A stretch of 60,382 bases of DNA from a virus (taxonomy: Duplodnaviria; Caudoviricetes), in IMG/VR virus record IMGVR_UViG_3300037761_000410, positions 1 through 60,382 of that record, one strand, 5' to 3'. A program made the position numbers and the translations under genes. This document shows positions 55,405 through 60,382 of the stretch, in pieces (position 1 is the first letter of the stretch; every line of letters begins with the position of its first letter). Under the pieces are notes generated by a model. The model worked only from the letters and a program-made list of their open reading frames with translations, searched no databases and was not told the DNA's origin.

Positions 55405-57450
55405 TTACCGCAAAGTGGACGAGCCGGCGTCGGTGAACGTGTTGCCCGACGCCCCCACCTCGCTGATGTTGTGGAACTGCCAGCTGTACCCGGTCGCGGT
55501 CAGGGTCAGACGCAGCACCCCGAAGGTGTTGCAGTTGAACACCTGCGTGCCCGGAACCGCGCTGTAACCACAGTAGTGATTCTTGCCGCCGGTGCCGACC
55601 ACGAAGTAGCGAACCCCGTCGAGGGTGGGGCCGTTGGCCCCCATCGGCTGGAACCGCTCATAGTCGTGGTCATGTCCACTGAGGACCAGCTGGACGTCCC
55701 GGTCGGCCACCAGGACCGACTTCAAATAGGTGTGGCCACTGGAGTTGCCATGCTGGCCCGAAGACCAGCTCGGATGATGGTAGTAGACCAGGGTGGGCCT
55801 GCCGTTGTTCGCGGCCAGGTCGACCAGCAACCATGTCATCATCGGGTTGCCGGCGTTGCAACCTCCGACCTTGGAGCAGTCCGAGTCCAGCGACACAAAG
55901 TGCCACGCACCCAGGTCCCAGCTGTAATACATCTGGTTGTTGCTGGTCGTGTCGGAACCGATCGAACTCAGTCGCGACCCGAAGTAGTCGCGATACCCCT
56001 GCGCGTTCCCAGTGAGCCATTCATGGTTGCCTGGAGCCGGATACACCGAACCCCGATGCAGACCCCAGGCATCACAGTTGCCGGGACCGGCGCAGGTGTT
56101 GCGACCCCAGCCCGCGTTGTACTGACCCAGCGAGCCCGACTCGTACTGGTTGTCGCCGAGAGTCAATATCGCGTTAGGACTGTATTTGGTGAGAAGCTCG
56201 GCGGTGTAACCATCCTGGCCAGAGCTGCCACCGTATCCGTTGCACCCGTCACAGACGATGTCCCCGGCCGCCATCACCGTCACACCCGGTCCAGTTGGAG
56301 TTGGACTTGGACTGGTCGGAGTTGGACTTGGCGAACTTGTGGTCGACGTGGACGGACCTGGTGTCGACGTGGATGAACTTGGTGTCGGGCTCGGTGAACT
56401 TGTGGTCGAACTCGATGGTGACGGAGTTGGACCTGAAGTTGACGTAGGCGAACTTGATGGTGACGTGGTCGGACCTGGAACCGCTCCGCCGACCAGCTGG
56501 CGGCGCAGCTCGTCCGCGTAGGTCCCCCAGCCCGAGCCGGACTGCCAGGACCCGCTGGGCTCCACGCTGGTCGCCTCGCCCCACTCGTTCCAGCTGGTGA
56601 CCAGCTTCCACTGGGCCGGGCTGGCCTTCAAGTGGGCCACGTTCTGCGCCCAGGCCGCCGGGTCGCGGGCCAGCCGAGGGCTGGCCTCACTGTGGTGCCA
56701 GAAGCCGGGGCTGATGTTGAAGCTCCACGGCAGGTGCACCGCCTCGCGCTCCGCCGGGCCGTACTGGTGCCAGCTGGAAGGCTGGTCGAAGCAGGAGGCG
56801 AAGCCGGGGAACACCTTCATGTTCACGTACCAGTTGGCGAAGCCGTTGGTGGCGGTCTTCCACTTCGTCACCTCGCCGCAACCGGTCGCGCCGGCGTTGT
56901 AGACGAAGATGACGCGCTTTCCGCCGATCCGCACAGCCGAGCCTGGGCTGGCGTCCGCCAGGGCTCCGAGGTGCGCCAGGTCGGCCTGGATGGTGACCAC
57001 CGTCGGGTTGGCGTACCCCTCGGGCTCGTAGTAGGGGATCACGCCCAGGCCCAGCGGGGCCGCGGCGGCGTGCAGGACGGGGAAGCGGGTGGCCTCGCCG
57101 TGCTGGCCGCGGCCCCACCAGGAGGCGATGACGGCCTGCATGCCGGTGCCCTTGATCCCGGCCAGCTGCATCGCCACGTCGGTGGCGTTGTCGCTGTCGA
57201 AGCCGGAGGCGGCCGGGCGGTAGTGGTCGTCGGCGTGGCGGAAGCTGTCGTCGTAGAAGAACATCGCCGTGACCGGGGTGGCGTAGTCGCTGGCCCTGGC
57301 GGTGCCGGGCACGACGGCCCAGGCCAGTCCTACGACCAGCAGGCCGGCCGCGCCGAGGACGGCGTAGCGGCGGGCGTCGCCGGGACTCTCGTGCTTGCCA
57401 TGGTAACGCAGTTCGATCGATTTGAGTTTCTTGACCAAACGAGTGATCAT
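55405..57450 (-). CDS. Exported glycoside hydrolase (GH99/GH71-like) + Ser/Thr/Pro linker + calcineurin-like metallophosphoesterase
   Basis: TM/signal; ASWWG, YYE, SWNEWGE; AAGD, LGDNQY, PGNHE, HHP, SGHDHDYERF. Confidence 0.8.
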   Translation of the reverse strand: MITRLVKKLKSIELRYHGKHESPGDARRYAVLGAAGLLVVGLAWAVVPGTARASDYATPVTAMFFYDDSFRHADDHYRPAASGFDSDNATDVAMQLAGIKGTGMQAVIASWWGRGQHGEATRFPVLHAAAAPLGLGVIPYYEPEGYANPTVVTIQADLAHLGALADASPGSAVRIGGKRVIFVYNAGATGCGEVTKWKTATNGFANWYVNMKVFPGFASCFDQPSSWHQYGPAEREAVHLPWSFNISPGFWHHSEASPRLARDPAAWAQNVAHLKASPAQWKLVTSWNEWGEATSVEPSGSWQSGSGWGTYADELRRQLVGGAVPGPTTSPSSSPTSTSGPTPSPSSSTTSSPSPTPSSSTSTPGPSTSTTSSPSPTPTSPSPTPTGPGVTVMAAGDIVCDGCNGYGGSSGQDGYTAELLTKYSPNAILTLGDNQYESGSLGQYNAGWGRNTCAGPGNCDAWGLHRGSVYPAPGNHEWLTGNAQGYRDYFGSRLSSIGSDTTSNNQMYYSWDLGAWHFVSLDSDCSKVGGCNAGNPMMTWLLVDLAANNGRPTLVYYHHPSWSSGQHGNSSGHTYLKSVLVADRDVQLVLSGHDHDYERFQPMGANGPTLDGVRYFVVGTGGKNHYCGYSAVPGTQVFNCNTFGVLRLTLTATGYSWQFHNISEVGASGNTFTDAGSSTLR

Positions 57451-57545
57451 GATTCCTCAGGTTTTTCGTAGGGCGCCCGTCGAAAGACTCCCCCGTGCCG
57501 GGCGTGGTGCGTCACGCGCCGATATATGCGCGTGCGTCTAACCCG

Positions 57546-58193
57546 TTAGATGACGCGGCGGGCCATATAGAAGCCGTACAGCTTCTGCACCCGTACCTGC
57601 GCGCCGGAGTGCGGAGAGGCGATCATCATGTTGTTACCGAGGTAGATCGCGACATGGCCGTTCTGTGGCCATACGATGTCGCCAACGTGCAGGTTCGCGC
57701 GGGAGACGTGGCGTCCGTACGCTTTCATCGCGTCGGACTGATGGGGTAGGCGCACTCCGACCTGCCGGAAGGCCACCATCACGAGGCCGGAGCAGTCCCA
57801 CCGGCTTGGGCCAGCGGCACCCCATAGGTACCAGTCACCGATCTGTGCCTTGGCGAACGCCACCACTTTCGCGGCCCTCGACGTATTCGTCGAGGGGTTG
57901 GGCTTGGCGGCGGTGGCGACCCGGGAGCTGGCAGCCCCCTTGGCGCAGGGGACCTTGAGCCGCTGACCCGGATAGATCAACCAGGTGACATGGTTCGCTG
58001 TAGCGATCTCTTTCCATCGATCGCCATTGCCGCATAGATTCTTGGCGATGCCGTAGAGGCTTCCGTGGGCGGAGGGGTATGAGGTCACGGTGACCGTGAC
58101 CGGGGACGAAGGCAGGGCCTGTCTACTTTCGACAGTGCCGGCTGCTGGCAGGCCAAGGGCCAGCGCCAGCGCGGCTACGAACGAGCCTAACAT
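57546..58193 (-). CDS. Secreted LysM + NlpC/P60 peptidoglycan endopeptidase
   Basis: SLYGIA...W.EIA..N...IYPGQ.L; Y.WGA.GP..WDCSGL, GHVAIY. Confidence 0.9.
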   Translation of the reverse strand: MLGSFVAALALALGLPAAGTVESRQALPSSPVTVTVTSYPSAHGSLYGIAKNLCGNGDRWKEIATANHVTWLIYPGQRLKVPCAKGAASSRVATAAKPNPSTNTSRAAKVVAFAKAQIGDWYLWGAAGPSRWDCSGLVMVAFRQVGVRLPHQSDAMKAYGRHVSRANLHVGDIVWPQNGHVAIYLGNNMMIASPHSGAQVRVQKLYGFYMARRVI

Positions 58194-58358
58194 CACAACT
58201 CCTTTACCTGTATGGGGCATGAGCCTTGCCGGCCCATGATAGCCCAGGGAGGCCCCGGAAGCTACGAATGTCGACGCACCTCCGAGAGAATGATGAAGTT
58301 ATCTATCTACCCAGGTAGGAGGCCATTTCTAAAAGGGGGATCTGGATATTGACCCCGA

Positions 58359-58580
58359 TCACGACCGCGACCACGACCACGACCGCGACCACGACCGCGA
58401 CCGCGACCACGACCCCGACCGCGACCGTGACCGCGACCACGGCCCCGACCACGACCACGACCACGACCGCGACCGCGACCCCGACCGCGACCCCGACCGC
58501 GGCCCCGACCGCGACCGCGACCGCGACCGCGACCACGACCGCGACCACGACCACGACCGCGTGGCATACATGATCAACAT
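58359..58580 (-). CDS. Ser-X dipeptide-repeat peptide 1 (MLIMYATRSWSWSRS...)
   Basis: GAGGGGG RBS; GGTCGN hexamer array; 73 aa. Confidence 0.55.
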   Translation of the reverse strand: MLIMYATRSWSWSRSWSRSRSRSRSGPRSGSRSGSRSRSWSWSWSGPWSRSRSRSGSWSRSRSWSRSWSWSRS

Positions 58581-58597
58581 GACTGGCCCCCTCTCGC

Positions 58598-58672
58598 TCA
58601 CCGCGACCACGACCGCGACCACGACCGCGACCGCGACCACGACCGTGACCACCCGGCATACATGATCAACAT
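58598..58672 (-). CDS. Ser-X dipeptide-repeat peptide 2 (MLIMYAGWSRSWSRSRSWSRSWSR)
   Basis: GAGGAG RBS; same leader as peptide 1; 24 aa. Confidence 0.5.
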   Translation of the reverse strand: MLIMYAGWSRSWSRSRSWSRSWSR

Positions 58673-58744
58673 GACTGGCTCCTCGCTTCCAAGGCAAAGG
58701 GCCGACCCCAGGACACGCGGAGCCGGCCCCTGCCGGGCTGGGTG

Positions 58745-59032
58745 CTACTTCTGGATCCTGGGCAGCTCGTGAAGCCACTCACAGACGTCCACGACAGCCC
58801 CGCGGGCCACCAGGCACTCGCCCGGGTACGGCTCGACCTCACGGAGGCTGCCAGTGGTCAGGGAGTCCGCCCAGCGCTCGCTCTCGGCGATCCAGGCCGC
58901 GTCGGCCAGGACCAACCAGTGGTCGTCGACCTGGACGAGCCGGCCGGTGTAGTGGTAGGTGACGGTGCGGACGAAGACGTTCTTGTCCTGGTAGCGGTCA
59001 AGCAGGCTTGAACTCAGGTTGGGACCAGACAT
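58745..59032 (-). CDS. Sm/LSm-like fold phage protein
   Basis: NVFVRTVTYHYTGRL...LVL.DAAWI..; AAGGAG RBS; also in frame with upstream ORF starting 59260. Confidence 0.55.
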   Translation of the reverse strand: MSGPNLSSSLLDRYQDKNVFVRTVTYHYTGRLVQVDDHWLVLADAAWIAESERWADSLTTGSLREVEPYPGECLVARGAVVDVCEWLHELPRIQK

Positions 59033-59260
59033 GCTATCTCCTTGAATAAATTGATTGATCTCTTTTTGTGACAACTCTTCGAGCGGGCCGTACTTCCGGA
59101 GCAGGTCCTCCCAGGTTCGAGGCTGGAGGCCAAACTGGGTAAGGCAGCTCCACATCCCGTCCTCGGTGCGAACGTTGATGTCGCCACCGTCGTCCCTGAC
59201 GAAGAGCACGTCCCCAGGCCACATGGTGTCGGAGGTGTCGCTCCAGGTCCTCGTCCCCAT
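59033..59260 (-). CDS. Small domain (D.GGD.....W...TW.DL...YGPL), reading through into the Sm-like ORF
   Basis: AAGGAGG RBS; resembles module in 5138-5497; no stop before 58745. Confidence 0.45.
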
Positions 59261-59531
59261 GGTCCAGCCTCCTTGCGTCGATCGACCTAAAAGGGTCTTG
59301 AATATTGATACTGCGGCCGGCCCTCCGGCGGCCAGGTCACCCTCCCATCGGCCAGGACAGCACCACGGGCCGTCTGCCGCTCGTCGCAACCCTCGCTGTG
59401 GGCGTGGGGCTCATATCTTCGGTCGGCCTCCCAGGCGGTTCCACAGGCGCCGCAGCAGTAAGCCGCGGCACGGGTGGTGGAACGGTCGCACTGCCGCGAG
59501 TCGCAAGCCTTGAGACCCTTAGAAGGAGTGA

Positions 59532-59744
59532 TCACCGCGACCACGACCCCGACCACGACCGCGACCCCGACCGCGACCACGACCACGACCCCGACCGCGA
59601 CCGCGACCACGACCACGACCCCGACCGCGACCACGACCCCGACCACGACCGCGACCCCGACCACGACCCCGACCGCGACCGCGACCACGACCGCGACCAC
59701 GACCCCAACCACGACCACGACCGCCCGGCATGCCTGATCAACAT
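59532..59744 (-). CDS. Ser-X dipeptide-repeat peptide 3 (MLIRHAGRSWSW...)
   Basis: AAGGGAG RBS; GGTCGN hexamer array; 70 aa. Confidence 0.55.
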   Translation of the reverse strand: MLIRHAGRSWSWLGSWSRSWSRSRSGSWSGSRSWSGSWSRSGSWSWSRSRSGSWSWSRSGSRSWSGSWSR

Positions 59745-59898
59745 GATCGACTCCCTTCTATAGCCAGAGGATGATGCCGATACTGATCAGCACGGTGACC
59801 AGAACGCCCGCGGCGGGCGTGATGGGCTCCCTCGGTTTGCCGATCAAGGCCACGGTCGCGAGGGTGGGGACCCCACAGGTACGGCAGCAGGAAGATCT

Positions 59899-60382
59899 TC
59901 ATGCGTGAGCCCACCATTCGCTGGCTTCCTTGAGTCGCTGGTACGCCTCAGCGACCTCGGGCGGCATCAGGCTCAGCAAGAGTTCGTCGGCCTGCGCGTG
60001 AGCCAGTTCGGGGTCCAGCGCCCCAATGAGGGCAGTTAACCGGTCAACCACCACCGTCCGCTCGCCAGGCTCCGGTGGCTCCACGGGCTCCGGCTCCTCC
60101 ACCTCGGTCGTGACGAGCGCGCAGGCTACACCCTCTATCTCGTTCAGACGCTCCCAGGTCCTGGAAGGCCAAGCCATCACCGTGCTGACCCATCTGGTTT
60201 CGATACCGACTGAAGTCGAGAAGTTCACCCGTTGCCAGGCGATCCCCTGCCGGTCCAGTACTACCGACCCGATCCCCGGCTCCGCCACCGCATTCCGCTG
60301 CCAGGCGTCCCCGTCCCGGTCCACCACCACCGACCCCGCTCCCGGCTCCGGCGGCACCACCGCCACCTTCGGCGCCGGCTCC
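59899..60382 (-). CDS. 5'-truncated paralogue of 5138-5497 with repeated EPG..VV.DR modules
   Basis: Frame open to window end; first 97 nt identical to 5281-5377. Confidence 0.65.
   Translation of the reverse strand, partial: EPAPKVAVVPPEPGAGSVVVDRDGDAWQRNAVAEPGIGSVVLDRQGIAWQRVNFSTSVGIETRWVSTVMAWPSRTWERLNEIEGVACALVTTEVEEPEPVEPPEPGERTVVVDRLTALIGALDPELAHAQADELLLSLMPPEVAEAYQRLKEASEWWAHA

Noticed and set aside
56290-56490. Repetitive DNA in the phosphatase gene
   Set aside because: Encodes an ordinary Ser/Thr/Pro linker
58303-59763. Alternative frames of hexamer repeats (poly-GR, poly-TA, poly-VA, poly-DH)
   Set aside because: Only the Ser-X frame has an RBS and a conserved MLI leader in all three copies
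1-60382. Integrase, DNA polymerase, transposase, reverse transcriptase/DGR
   Set aside because: No recognisable motifs in any ORF; lifestyle cannot be determined and the genome may be incomplete

Overview
High-GC tailed actinobacteriophage (siphovirus-like) genome, probably close to complete. WhiB- and SsgA-like genes suggest a filamentous actinomycete host. Layout: (i) 216-3743, small early genes on two divergent promoters, each preceded by a repeated double-hairpin/RBS element, including an Ocr-like DNA mimic; (ii) 5494-8613, a helical ORF, a ~1.8 kb non-coding array of ~59 YCGAC-anchored units built from 5-nt NNNCC modules, and a stand-alone RAMP/Cas7-like gene. This is the best candidate for a non-CRISPR RNA-guided system; (iii) small genes, Holliday junction resolvase and lysis cassette; (iv) glycosyltransferase/methyltransferase cluster with RNase AS and WhiB; (v) minus-strand virion module 21959-47476 with a 1722-aa multi-ADP-ribosyltransferase/zincin protein; (vi) exonuclease, SSB and primase-helicase; (vii) SsgA, a secreted glycosidase-phosphatase fusion, LysM-NlpC/P60, an Sm-like gene and three Ser-Arg/Trp/Gly dipeptide-repeat mini-genes. 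The last 97 bp are an exact inverted copy of 5281-5377. I recognised no integrase, DNA polymerase, cas1/cas2 or canonical CRISPR array. All protein calls come from motif recognition by eye, not database searches.
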